Shown in pieces: positions 9,658 to 18,468 of a DNA stretch of 35,547 nt; the first letter of the stretch is position 1, and every line of letters begins with the position of its first letter. The notes under the pieces were generated by a model. It saw nothing but the letters and a program-made list of their open reading frames with translations. It searched no databases and was not told where the DNA came from. The stretch is from an uncultured Verrucomicrobiota bacterium (GTDB lineage: Bacteria > Verrucomicrobiota > Verrucomicrobiia > Limisphaerales > CAZIFU01), in the NCBI GenBank assembly GCA_964539075.1, contig CAZIFU010000263.1, positions 1-35,547 on the forward strand, written 5' to 3'. Both the position numbers and the translations under genes were made by a program.

Positions 9658-9658
9658 A

Positions 9659-10567
9659 ATGGAAACGCCCGCCCATCCGCCGGGAGCCTGGCGGCGCTTT
9701 GCGCGCAACCAGCCCGCCCTTTTCAGCGCCGTCGCGCTGCTGGCGCTCATCGCGGTGGCAGCGCTCTGGCCGTGGCTGGCGCCGTACGCGCCGGAAACAT
9801 TGAGCGACGCGCAATTCGCGCCGCCCGACGCACAGCACTGGTTCGGCACCGACGTGCACGGCCGGGACCTGCTGACGCGCACGCTGTACGGGGCGCGCAT
9901 TTCGTTGCTAGTGGGCGCGGTCGGCGCGGGCGTGAGCCTGGTCATCGGCGTCTTGTGGGGAGCGGTGGCCGGTTACGTGGGCGGCCGGTGGGACGGGGCG
10001 ATGATGCGCTTTGTGGATGTGCTCTATTCGCTGCCGTCCATCGTGTTTGTGATCGTGTTGATCACGACGCTGGAACAATTCTTCCGGCAATGGCTCGCGC
10101 GCATCTTCTCCGCCGACCTCGGCGCGACGGCGCGGCTGGTGTTCCTGTTCGTCGGCCTGGGAGCGGTGTCGTGGTTGACGATGGCGCGGATCGTGCGCGG
10201 GCAGGTGCTGTCCTTGCGGCATCAGCCGTTCGTCGAGGCCAGCCGCGCGCTGGGGGCGGGTCATGCGCGCATCATTTTCCGCCACATCCTGCCGAACGTT
10301 TATGGCATCATCATCGTGTATCTCACGCTCACGGTGCCGTCGGTGATTTTATACGAGTCGTTCCTGAGCTACCTCGGCCTGGGCATTCAGCCGCCCCAGG
10401 CCAGCCTCGGCTCGCTCATCGCCGAGGGCGCGGGGCAGATCAACCCGATTCGCATTTACTGGTGGGTGATTGTCTTCCCGGGCGCGTTGCTCGCGGTGGC
10501 GCTGCTGGCGCTGAATTTTCTGGGCGACGGTTTGCGCGACGCGCTTGATCCGAAGGCAGGTGGCTGA
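9659..10567 (+). CDS. ABC transporter permease (OppC/DppC-like)
   Basis: The start lies 1 nt after the oppB-like stop. It has the binding-protein-dependent permease fold with the SLRHQPFVEASRALGA EAA-loop region. Confidence 0.9.
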   Translation: METPAHPPGAWRRFARNQPALFSAVALLALIAVAALWPWLAPYAPETLSDAQFAPPDAQHWFGTDVHGRDLLTRTLYGARISLLVGAVGAGVSLVIGVLWGAVAGYVGGRWDGAMMRFVDVLYSLPSIVFVIVLITTLEQFFRQWLARIFSADLGATARLVFLFVGLGAVSWLTMARIVRGQVLSLRHQPFVEASRALGAGHARIIFRHILPNVYGIIIVYLTLTVPSVILYESFLSYLGLGIQPPQASLGSLIAEGAGQINPIRIYWWVIVFPGALLAVALLALNFLGDGLRDALDPKAGG

Positions 10568-10660
10568 AGGTATGAGGTATGAGGTATGAATTATGAAGTA
10601 CCCGCGCCTCAACGCACGTCCCTTCCTCATCCTTCATAACTCATCATTCATACCTCATAA
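10567..10660. terminator. Bidirectional hairpin/REP element (GGTATGAGG family) between convergent genes
   Basis: aggtatgaggtatgaggtatgaattatgaag ... cttcataactcatcattcatacctcataactcac. Arms of about 30 bp lie between the stop at 10567 (+) and the stop at 10662 (-). Confidence 0.55.
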
Positions 10661-10661
10661 C

Positions 10662-12071
10662 TCACTTCTGCGTCGGCGCGGGCAGGTTGAGCGCGGTGCG
10701 CAGTTGGGCCTGCAATTGCGGCTGGAGTCCGTGCTCCGGATCCAGCAGGCGGTCGAGCGCCTCCCGCTTCAATTGCGGCAGCGGCGGCAGGCCGACACGC
10801 TTTAACTGCGTCGCGAACCGGAGTTGGTGCTGTTGCCAGATCTGCTCGGCGAGATGTTCGTGGCCGGCGGCCTGGTCGTTTTCTCCCAACGCCAGATAAG
10901 TGAAGGCGGTGGTCAAAATCCCATCAATGTACCCCTTGATTCTGTCAATCGAAGCGCCCGTGAGTTGGTCGCTGACGCGCTCGACGGCGAACCGGTCGAG
11001 GTCCAGATCGGCCGCCACGGCGTCGGGATATTTCGCCCGCAAGGTGGCCAGCCACTGAGCCGCTTCGGATCGGCGGTTGAAAACGTAAAACAAGGAAACC
11101 ACGTGCGATAAAAAAAACTTGTGCCCGGAGCCGATGCGCTCGCGGGATTCGGGTTCCGCGGCGAGCATTTCTTCATAGGCGGCATTGGCCCTGGCGACGA
11201 GGTCGAGATTGGGGCCGAGTTCGAATTGCCCTTGCGGGTTGGGCACCACGCGCCCGCGCAGGCAGGACATTTGCATGGACTGATAAACCACCCGCCGCAG
11301 GAAGTGCAGGTCCTGCTGCCGGCCTTTTTCCAGGCCGAGCTTGGCCCAGTAAATGGCGTGGGCGTCCGGCAAGCGCCAGTCCAGCGGGCCGTACTCCTCG
11401 TCCACTTCCTTCATCCGCTGCGGGTCGAGCTTGTAAGTGTCCCGCAGCAGTCGGGCGCGGGCCTGCGCGTCGGCGTTGGTCGGATTCATCAGCGCCGCGA
11501 AGTCGGGCCGGCCCGAACCCAGCGCGCGCGTCATTTCCTCGGCCCACGACTGCTTATAGTACATGTGGGCGTCGTCCATGATGTAGCCGATCTTGTGCTG
11601 GAAGAACCAGGCCAGCTCGCGGTAGATCAGCCCCTCCCGCGGATTGTAGGCCAGCGCGTCGTCGCGCAGCAGTTCGACGCCGCGCCGGACCCACAGCCAG
11701 CGGTCGTGCGGGTCGGTGAATTTGACCGAGATGTTGTAGGCCATGTTCCAGCTTTGATAAACCCAGACGAGGACAAAGTGCGGCTCCAGTTTGGTGATCC
11801 AATCGGCCAGTTGCGCCATCTCAAAATATTTCCCCTGGTCCTGCAACTCGGTCGCGCGGATCCAGAGCAGGTTGGCGATCAAACCACGGAAACCGCCCAG
11901 TGCGACCGTGGTGAAGGCGAGCACGGGCGGCGCATTCTTCAGCGGCTCGACGCGCGTCAAGCCGAGCCGGGCGCGGTCCTGGTTCAGCCGGCGCTGCGTG
12001 AAACCGGACCCGCAAAGCAACACCAGCGCGAGGGCCGCCAGGACCAGCTTGTAGGCTTTGGCGCGGTTCAT
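10662..12071 (-). CDS. Hypothetical signal-anchored, largely alpha-helical protein; last gene of the ABC-2 transporter operon
   Basis: The start was trimmed to ATG 12071 (MNRAKAYKLVLAALALVLLCGSG). This start overlaps the upstream stop (TAATG). No recognisable catalytic motifs. Confidence 0.6.
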   Translation of the reverse strand: MNRAKAYKLVLAALALVLLCGSGFTQRRLNQDRARLGLTRVEPLKNAPPVLAFTTVALGGFRGLIANLLWIRATELQDQGKYFEMAQLADWITKLEPHFVLVWVYQSWNMAYNISVKFTDPHDRWLWVRRGVELLRDDALAYNPREGLIYRELAWFFQHKIGYIMDDAHMYYKQSWAEEMTRALGSGRPDFAALMNPTNADAQARARLLRDTYKLDPQRMKEVDEEYGPLDWRLPDAHAIYWAKLGLEKGRQQDLHFLRRVVYQSMQMSCLRGRVVPNPQGQFELGPNLDLVARANAAYEEMLAAEPESRERIGSGHKFFLSHVVSLFYVFNRRSEAAQWLATLRAKYPDAVAADLDLDRFAVERVSDQLTGASIDRIKGYIDGILTTAFTYLALGENDQAAGHEHLAEQIWQQHQLRFATQLKRVGLPPLPQLKREALDRLLDPEHGLQPQLQAQLRTALNLPAPTQK

Positions 12072-13450
12072 TAGGTTCCTTGCGCGGTGGCCAGTTCGCG
12101 CCGGTTGAAAATGGTGATGCCAATCGCGCCGATCAGGCCGCTCATGAGCACCAGGATTTGCGTGAAGGCCAGTCCGAGCTGGCCCCAAGTGATGCTCCGG
12201 CCCGTGCTCAAGGCGTCAATGGGCGAAAAGCCCTGTACCAGGTTGATCACTTTCAGCAATGCCTTGAAGGCCGGCAGGACCACCCAATCCACCCAGCTCG
12301 AACCGCGCTCGCCGGTTTCGTGGTTCACGTCCATGATCGAGCCTTGCTGGATCACCCCGGCGAGTGTCCCGCTGGACAACACGATCAGCAGCACGCTGAG
12401 GGAAAAAAATGCCGCCACCGGAAACGACAGCCCGCTGGCCGACGCCAGCCCCAGCGACGCCAGCAGGCCCAGCCAGCAAAACACGATCAGCAGGCCGCGG
12501 ACAAAATTCAGGCCGAAGCCGCCTTCGCGGTAGAGCACCTCGAGGCCGTCTTCCAGCGGAAAGACCAGCGCCGTCTGGCTCCGGTTGCTGCACTCGACGT
12601 TGAGCCGGCCCTGTTCATCGAGCAGGGCGGTGGGCACCTGCAATTCATGAAATGTCTCCGCCGCCAGGCGCAGCGTGAGCTGCGAGCGTGGCCGGTCCGG
12701 TGGGCCGGCCTCCCAGACCGTGTCGTACGTGCCGGTGGCGCTCTTTTGTGCGGCGTAAAATTTCACGCGCAGATAAAGCGTCTGGCCGCGCAACGAATGT
12801 TTCACCGGGCCGAGATCAACCGTCCAGCGGCGCAAAAAATTCGGCGGCACGACCTCGTGCTGGGCTTTGATGTCCGCGCGGAGTTGTCTGCGCAACAGTT
12901 CGAGGTTGACGCCTTCGAGGGACATTTCCCTGGGTTTTTTTTCAAGCACGCGCTCGACATCGCGCTCGAGGTCCGGCGGCGGCTCCCTGGCCGAACCACG
13001 TGCCACCAGCACTTCGTTGAAAAGGATCGCCCGCTGGTCCACGGGCTGGGTGGGCAGGCCGTTCGCGCGCCAGATCAGGAGGAAAAAAAGCGCGCTGCCG
13101 GAGAGCGCCAGCAGCAGCGCATTGAGCGCCATGATGCCCAGCCATTTGCCCAGCCACACCTGCCAGCGCGCCACCGGCTTCACGTCGAGCATTTGCGCCT
13201 GGCATTCCGCGATGTCGCGCGCGAGCGTGCCGCAGCTCAGCCAGAGCGTGGCCAGGCCCAGCAGCACGGTGATGAGGCCCAGATTGTAGGTGAGCATGAT
13301 CTGGATGAAGCCGCGCGCCGTGCCGTCGTCCTTGATGACCAGCGGCAGGCCGATCACCGCGCCCAGCAGGAGGACCGCGAGCACTTGAAAGAGGCGGAAA
13401 CGGACCGCCGATTTCAATGTCAGCCAGGCGATGGCGAGCAGCGGTTGCAT
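12071..13450 (-). CDS. ABC-2-type transporter permease with a large extracytoplasmic loop
   Basis: N-terminal and C-terminal clusters of TM helices flank a hydrophilic domain of about 170 aa. It lies downstream of an ABC ATPase gene on the same strand. Confidence 0.65.
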   Translation of the reverse strand: MQPLLAIAWLTLKSAVRFRLFQVLAVLLLGAVIGLPLVIKDDGTARGFIQIMLTYNLGLITVLLGLATLWLSCGTLARDIAECQAQMLDVKPVARWQVWLGKWLGIMALNALLLALSGSALFFLLIWRANGLPTQPVDQRAILFNEVLVARGSAREPPPDLERDVERVLEKKPREMSLEGVNLELLRRQLRADIKAQHEVVPPNFLRRWTVDLGPVKHSLRGQTLYLRVKFYAAQKSATGTYDTVWEAGPPDRPRSQLTLRLAAETFHELQVPTALLDEQGRLNVECSNRSQTALVFPLEDGLEVLYREGGFGLNFVRGLLIVFCWLGLLASLGLASASGLSFPVAAFFSLSVLLIVLSSGTLAGVIQQGSIMDVNHETGERGSSWVDWVVLPAFKALLKVINLVQGFSPIDALSTGRSITWGQLGLAFTQILVLMSGLIGAIGITIFNRRELATAQGT

Positions 13451-13508
13451 CAGGTGAATCTCAAACGGCAGAATTCGGCTCGAGTCGTGACTTTGAAATG
13501 GAAAGATT

Positions 13509-13952
13509 CCCTCACCCCGGCCCTACCCATGAACCGAGCGTTCGGTGTCCACCCTTTAGGGTGCTCGGCGACCGGGGACACGCTGAAGCGTGGACACCAA
13601 ACGACGCGGCCCGGTTCAGGGGCCCAATTCGTGAGCCTCGGCGGTTCATGGAATCTCTCCCGGTGGAAGAGGAGGAATCGTTGCCAGCGTGTTCGCAGTT
13701 TGAGCGCGCCTGTTTCGGCGAGAGACGGGATGCGGTTCTCCCTCTCCCTCCGGGAGAGATTCCACGGCCCGCACAAAGCCGCGAATTGTGTCCCTGAACC
13801 GGAGAAAACCGAGCTTGGCCGCGTCAGCGTCTTGGACTGCGCCAGTCCTCTGGCGCTTTGGAAGCCGTGGGTTGTCGAAAGCGCCAGAGGACTGGCGCAC
13901 TCCAAGACCTGGCGGTGATACGAACGGTTCATGGGTAGTGCCGGGGTGAGGG
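13509..13952. mobile_element. Non-coding structured element of about 445 bp, bounded by 28-bp terminal inverted repeats (MITE-like) with nested internal hairpins
   Basis: Left end ccctcaccccggccctacccatgaaccg and right end cggttcatgggtagtgccggggtgaggg are 27/28 complementary. Internal 14-bp perfect inverted repeat ggaatctctcccgg/ccgggagagattcc. A hairpin with 31-bp arms at 13829-13908. The motif cggttcatgg is re-used three times. There is no credible ORF. Confidence 0.5.
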
Positions 13953-13993
13953 CGATTTTAATCTGCATCATCCCGGATTCCACAACGTCATCC

Positions 13994-15190
13994 TCACTTC
14001 GGTTTGCCCAGCAGCGAGGAAAGTTTTTCGTTCGCCTCCGACAAGTCGGCGGGCTTGGTCGGTTCGCCACTGGGCGGCGCAGCGGGCGCAGGTTTCGGTT
14101 GGGTCAACGTTTCGAGCCGGGCCGCGTCAACGGTTTCCTTGGGCGCGACTTCCACTCTCACCGCCGGTTCGGTCCTCGGCGCGGTCAAACGGTCCAGCAC
14201 TCTCGCCGTGCGGTCCGGCCCCACGGCCTCGCCGCGCAGGTAGGCGGCCACCGGGCTGCCGGCCATCGCGCCGGACGTTTCGGCCGCGCTTTGCCGCGCT
14301 TTCTGCACCACATCGAGGAAATAGCTTTCGAGGTTTTGCGTCGGGTTATCAATCTGGATGCGGTCGGCAGCGACGTCCTGCCGGATGATCTCCAACACGC
14401 GCTCGAGCGTCTGGCGCGGCAACACCGGCGTGGTGATGCGGATCGAGTCCGGGCGCGCGAGCAATTCCTTGAGCGTGCCCATCGCCTGCACCTTGCCGCC
14501 GTACAACACCGCCACGCGGTCGCACACGTCCTCCACGTCGGCCAGCAGGTGGCTGCTCAGGAGCACGGTCTTGCCGCGGCGCGCGAGGGCGAGGATCAAA
14601 TCCTTCACCTCGCGGCAGCCGATGGGATCGAGGCCGGACGTCGGCTCGTCGAGAATGATGAGGTCGGGGTCATTGATGAGCGCCTGGGCGAGGCCGATGC
14701 GGCGCTGCATGCCTTTGGAAAACTCGCCCACGGCGCGGCGGCTCACCTGGCGCAAGCCGACCATGTCGAGCAGTTGCGCGGTGCGCGTGCGGCGTTGGTC
14801 GGCGGGCAGCTCGAAAAGATTTCCGAAAAAGTCGAGCGTCTCGGCCGAATCGAGGTAGCGGTAGAGATACGATTCCTCGGGCAGATAACCGATGCGCGAC
14901 TTGGTGGCCACGTGGCGCGGCGAATGGCCGAAGACTTCGATGTGGCCTTTGGTGGGATGGAGCAATCCGAGCAACAGTTTGACGGTCGTGGATTTGCCCG
15001 AGCCGTTGGGGCCGAGCAGGCCGAAGACTTCGCCGCGCCGGATTTCAAAATCAATAGTGTCCACCGCCCGCGCCTTGGTGCGGCCCCAGAAGTCCTTGAA
15101 GACCTTCGTCAGGCCGCGCACCGCGACGACGACCTCGTTGGAGTGCGGACTGGGGAGTGCGGAGTGCGGAGTGGGTTCAACGGCGATCAT
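13994..15190 (-). CDS. ABC transporter ATP-binding protein (ABC-2 subfamily) with a Pro/Ala-rich C-terminal extension of about 110 aa
   Basis: Walker A GPNGSGKST, signature FSKGMQRR, Walker B LIILDEPTSGLD and the H-loop SSHLL are all present. A GGAGAG Shine-Dalgarno lies in the 16-nt spacer after the upstream gene. Confidence 0.9.
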   Translation of the reverse strand: MIAVEPTPHSALPSPHSNEVVVAVRGLTKVFKDFWGRTKARAVDTIDFEIRRGEVFGLLGPNGSGKSTTVKLLLGLLHPTKGHIEVFGHSPRHVATKSRIGYLPEESYLYRYLDSAETLDFFGNLFELPADQRRTRTAQLLDMVGLRQVSRRAVGEFSKGMQRRIGLAQALINDPDLIILDEPTSGLDPIGCREVKDLILALARRGKTVLLSSHLLADVEDVCDRVAVLYGGKVQAMGTLKELLARPDSIRITTPVLPRQTLERVLEIIRQDVAADRIQIDNPTQNLESYFLDVVQKARQSAAETSGAMAGSPVAAYLRGEAVGPDRTARVLDRLTAPRTEPAVRVEVAPKETVDAARLETLTQPKPAPAAPPSGEPTKPADLSEANEKLSSLLGKPK

Positions 15191-15206
15191 ATCTGCGTCA
15201 CTCTCC

Positions 15207-17210
15207 TTACGCCGGCTTCGGCGTCAACTGCGTGACAGTTTCGTGCGCGCGGCCGCCCGTGGTGCCCGGCGGCTCGACGGGGCCGGGTTGATAATGCTCC
15301 AATTCCTCGCCTTGCCGCACGAGGCGGGCGCTGTTGAAGACCACGATCAGTGAGCCGGCGTTTTGCAGCACGGCCGCGAGCACGGGATTCAAATAGCCGA
15401 ATGCCGCCAGCACCAGGCCGCCAATAATGAACAGCACGCCGAGCAGAAAATTCTGGTTGATCACGCCGCGCGTGCCGCGCGAAAGCTGCACCAAAAACGG
15501 CAGCCGCCGCAGATCATTGTTCATCAGCGCAATCGTCGCGCTGTGGATCGCCACTTCGCTGCCGGCCGCGCCCATCGCGATGCCCATGTCGCCGGCGGCC
15601 AGCGCGGGCGCGTCGTTCACGCCGTCGCCGACCACCGCGACGCGATAGCCTTTGGCCTTCATCTGGCGGACGAACTCGACCTTGTCTTGCGGCAGGCACT
15701 CGGCCAGCACTTCGCCGCAGCCGATTTCACCCGCCACGCGGGCTGCGACGGGCTGGCGGTCGCCGGTGACCATCGCGATGCGCCGCACGCCGTGCTGCAA
15801 CAAGTCGGCGAGCGACTCGCGCGCTTCGGCCCGCGTCTCGTCCTGCAAACCGACCCAGCCGAGGCACTGGCCGCCGCGCGCGACGAAGACCACGCTGAAG
15901 CCTTCGGCTTCGTTCAAATCCACCGATTTCAGAAAATCCTCGCGAATGCCGTTGTCCTTGAGCCATTGCGCGCGGCCGATGATGACGGGTGCGCCGTCCA
16001 CCTCGGCGGTGATGCCGCGCCCGGCCGCTTCGGCGAAATTTTTCGGCTCGGCCAGCGGCACGCCCGCTTCGGTGGCCAGTTGCGCGAGCGCCTTGGCCGT
16101 GGGGTGGTTGCTGTATTTTTCGGCGGACGCGGCGAGCCGGAGCAATTCTGCCGGCGTCGTGCCCGCCAGCGGCGCGAGGCGGCTGACGACGAGCACGCCC
16201 TTGGTGAGCGTGCCGGTTTTGTCGAAGATGAAGGCGTTGATCTTCGCGGCCAGTTCGATGTCGCTGACGTTTTTGATGAGAATGCCCAGACGCGCGGCGG
16301 CGGAGAGCGCGGCCACCATCGCGGTCGGTGTGGCGAGAATGAACGCCGAGGGACAGGCGACGACGAGCACGGCGATGACGCGGCTCAAGTCGTGCGAGAA
16401 CGCCCAGACCAGCGCGCCGATGACCAGCACGAGCGGCGTGTAGTAACCCATGTATTGGTCAATGAGCCGCATGATCGGCAGCTTGGTTTTCTCGGCGGCG
16501 AGGATGAGTTCCTGCACCTTGCCCAGCGTCGTGTCGTGGCCGGCGCGCGTGACGCGGATTTCCAGGACGCCGGTGAGGTTCTGCGTGCCGGCAAAAACTT
16601 CGTCGCCGGGCTTTTTGTCCACGGGCAGCGATTCGCCGGTGATGTTGGCCTGGTTGAACGCGCCCTGGCCGTTGACGATGACGCCGTCGGCGGCCACGTT
16701 GTCGCCGGGGCGCACGCGGATCATGTCGCTCACGGCGAGGGCCTGGACGGGAACTTCTTCCTCGACGCCGTTGGCGAGACGGCGGGCCTTGGTGGGGGTG
16801 AGCTTGATGAGCGATTCAATCGAGGCGCGCGCGCCGGCGGCGGTGCGGGTTTCGATGATTTCGCCGATGGACATGAAGAAGGCGACGATGCCGGCGGTCT
16901 GGTAACCGCCCGAGGCGAAGGAAGCGAGCACGGCGATGCCGACCAGTTCGTTGATGCCGAGGATGCCGCGGCGCAGGTCCTGGATGGCCGTCCAGACGAT
17001 GGGGTAGCCGAGGATGATGGCGCCGAACATGGCGCTGAGGCCCGCGACCATGGCGGCCTGGTCAAACGCGCGCTCGACGATGAACGAGTTGATGATGAAG
17101 ATCAGGCCCACGAGCGTTTGCGGGAGGCGATAAGGAACCTGCTCCGTGCTCCGGCGGGCGGGCGCGGTCCCGGCGGGCAATTCCTGGGCGATGGGCAATG
17201 AGTCAGCCAT
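15207..17210 (-). CDS. P1B-type (heavy-metal) cation-translocating P-type ATPase, lacking an N-terminal HMA metal-binding domain
   Basis: DKTGTLT phosphorylation motif, a CPS motif in the TM helix (VVACPSAF), plus MVTGD and GDGVNDAPAL. The protein is about 667 aa and starts directly with TM helices. Confidence 0.85.
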   Translation of the reverse strand: MADSLPIAQELPAGTAPARRSTEQVPYRLPQTLVGLIFIINSFIVERAFDQAAMVAGLSAMFGAIILGYPIVWTAIQDLRRGILGINELVGIAVLASFASGGYQTAGIVAFFMSIGEIIETRTAAGARASIESLIKLTPTKARRLANGVEEEVPVQALAVSDMIRVRPGDNVAADGVIVNGQGAFNQANITGESLPVDKKPGDEVFAGTQNLTGVLEIRVTRAGHDTTLGKVQELILAAEKTKLPIMRLIDQYMGYYTPLVLVIGALVWAFSHDLSRVIAVLVVACPSAFILATPTAMVAALSAAARLGILIKNVSDIELAAKINAFIFDKTGTLTKGVLVVSRLAPLAGTTPAELLRLAASAEKYSNHPTAKALAQLATEAGVPLAEPKNFAEAAGRGITAEVDGAPVIIGRAQWLKDNGIREDFLKSVDLNEAEGFSVVFVARGGQCLGWVGLQDETRAEARESLADLLQHGVRRIAMVTGDRQPVAARVAGEIGCGEVLAECLPQDKVEFVRQMKAKGYRVAVVGDGVNDAPALAAGDMGIAMGAAGSEVAIHSATIALMNNDLRRLPFLVQLSRGTRGVINQNFLLGVLFIIGGLVLAAFGYLNPVLAAVLQNAGSLIVVFNSARLVRQGEELEHYQPGPVEPPGTTGGRAHETVTQLTPKPA

Positions 17211-17376
17211 AAGTGAAATCCTTAATCTATTCGTTTGCGAACAACGCGGAATTCCAACCGACGACGGTTCAAATCAGACAAACGCCCTCCCGCCGCGCAG
17301 TCCCGCAGGGACGGCTGAAATCAATCATCCAAATCGTTCTCGACATATTTTGGTCGCCCTTTTTGGGCTTCAGGTA

Positions 17377-18468
17377 TCACGGCTTCGGGGTTTCTTTGGC
17401 CGGCGGTTTTTCCGGCTCGCGGTTCAGTTGCAGGCGCAGTTCGCGCGTTTTGCCGTCGGCGCGGGTGGGCAGAAAAACCTTGTCTCGCGCGTTGGCCAGC
17501 ACGCGCTCCATCGTCCCGGTCAGCAGCCGCCGCTGGAACAATGCCGGGTCTTTCTGATATTGCGGCAACTGGTCGGTGAAATACCGCGCGTCGGCGGCGA
17601 CCGCTTGCACGACCTGGTTGCTGGTTGTGACGCCGGCGCTGACGATGGCCTGGGCCTCACCGATGGCCTTGCGCGTCGCCTGATCGGCCAGCCCGCGCGC
17701 CTCGCTGATCTTTTTGCCGCGGTCCTGCGCGGCGGACTGCACGGCGTCGAACGCGGGCCGCACGGCCAGCGGCGCGCTGGTCTGGACTTCGCTCGGGTCA
17801 AGGGCAACGCCGAGGTTCAGCTCGTCAATCTTCCGGTTCACGCGCGCGAGCACGAGTTCCTTGAAGCCGCTGGTGTCCTTGTAGAGCGCCGCGTCCGCGC
17901 TGTAACGGGCCGAGGCGTAGAAGAGCGCGTTGTTCAACACGCCTTGGAGCACGTTGGTGATGTTGGCGAAGGTGAAGTGGTAGGTCAGCGCGTCCGCCGG
18001 GCGGATGTGATACTTCAACGTCGCGCGCACGTGGATGATGTTGCCGTCGCCGGTCAACGTGTAGCCGTCCACGCCGGGGGCGAGGGACTCGCGCGCTTCG
18101 GGTTCCTTGCCGGCGGCCTCCAATTCGGGCGTCGTGGCATACCAGCCGACGCTCGAAGTGATCGTGTGGCTCTCGCCAATGGGAATGCGGACGATCTCAT
18201 CAATGGGCCGGGGAAAGGACCAATGCCAGCCGGGCCGCAGCAATTGCTCGCCGCCGGCGCCAACCGGCCGGCCGAAGCGGAGCAGGACGGCGACCTGGTT
18301 CGGTTCCACCACGAACATGCCGGAGAAAAGGAACACGAGCGCCAGGCCGGCCATCAGCCACTTGACGATGCGGAAGCTGCTGCCCAGCGCCTCCGCCAGC
18401 GCCTGCGTGCCGGCGTCCTCGAGGGCGGCGGTTGCGGCGGGCGGACGCTCGCGTTCGGAATGTTCCAT
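17377..18468 (-). CDS. hflK: SPFH/band-7 protein, HflK-like
   Basis: An N-terminal TM helix is followed by an SPFH domain and a C-terminal coiled-coil/Ala-rich tail. It is adjacent to an HflC-like gene. Confidence 0.8.
   Translation of the reverse strand: MEHSERERPPAATAALEDAGTQALAEALGSSFRIVKWLMAGLALVFLFSGMFVVEPNQVAVLLRFGRPVGAGGEQLLRPGWHWSFPRPIDEIVRIPIGESHTITSSVGWYATTPELEAAGKEPEARESLAPGVDGYTLTGDGNIIHVRATLKYHIRPADALTYHFTFANITNVLQGVLNNALFYASARYSADAALYKDTSGFKELVLARVNRKIDELNLGVALDPSEVQTSAPLAVRPAFDAVQSAAQDRGKKISEARGLADQATRKAIGEAQAIVSAGVTTSNQVVQAVAADARYFTDQLPQYQKDPALFQRRLLTGTMERVLANARDKVFLPTRADGKTRELRLQLNREPEKPPAKETPKP

Noticed and set aside
7360-9945. 861-aa ORF on the minus strand across the opp-like genes. 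Similar very long antisense ORFs lie at 663-1763 (+), 1901-3463 (+), 4623-5663 (-), 11121-12074 (+), 12080-13918 (+), 13931-15235 (+), 15363-17201 (+), 17146-18477 (+), 18709-19596 (+), 19949-22117 (+), 21600-22634 (+), 27631-29106 (-), 27996-29201 (-), 29607-30875 (-) and 30679-32343 (-).
   Set aside because: Each lies antisense to a gene with clear family motifs. Their translations are Arg/Ala/Gly/Pro-rich low-complexity sequence typical of stop-codon-poor high-GC DNA. None has a recognisable motif or a ribosome-binding site.
13450-14070. 206-aa minus-strand ORF, and the 126-aa plus-strand ORF 13417-13797, inside the operon spacer
   Set aside because: They are generated by the palindromic repeat element: both strands give ...LTPALPMNR... 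They overlap the ATPase gene out of frame and show no protein-like composition.
17211-17376. Small palindromes (gtccctgcgggac, gcccaaaaagggc) between hflK and the P-type ATPase gene as a metal-regulator operator or terminator
   Set aside because: The stems are only 4-5 bp with no T-tract and no repeated half-site spacing. They cannot be distinguished from chance at this GC content.
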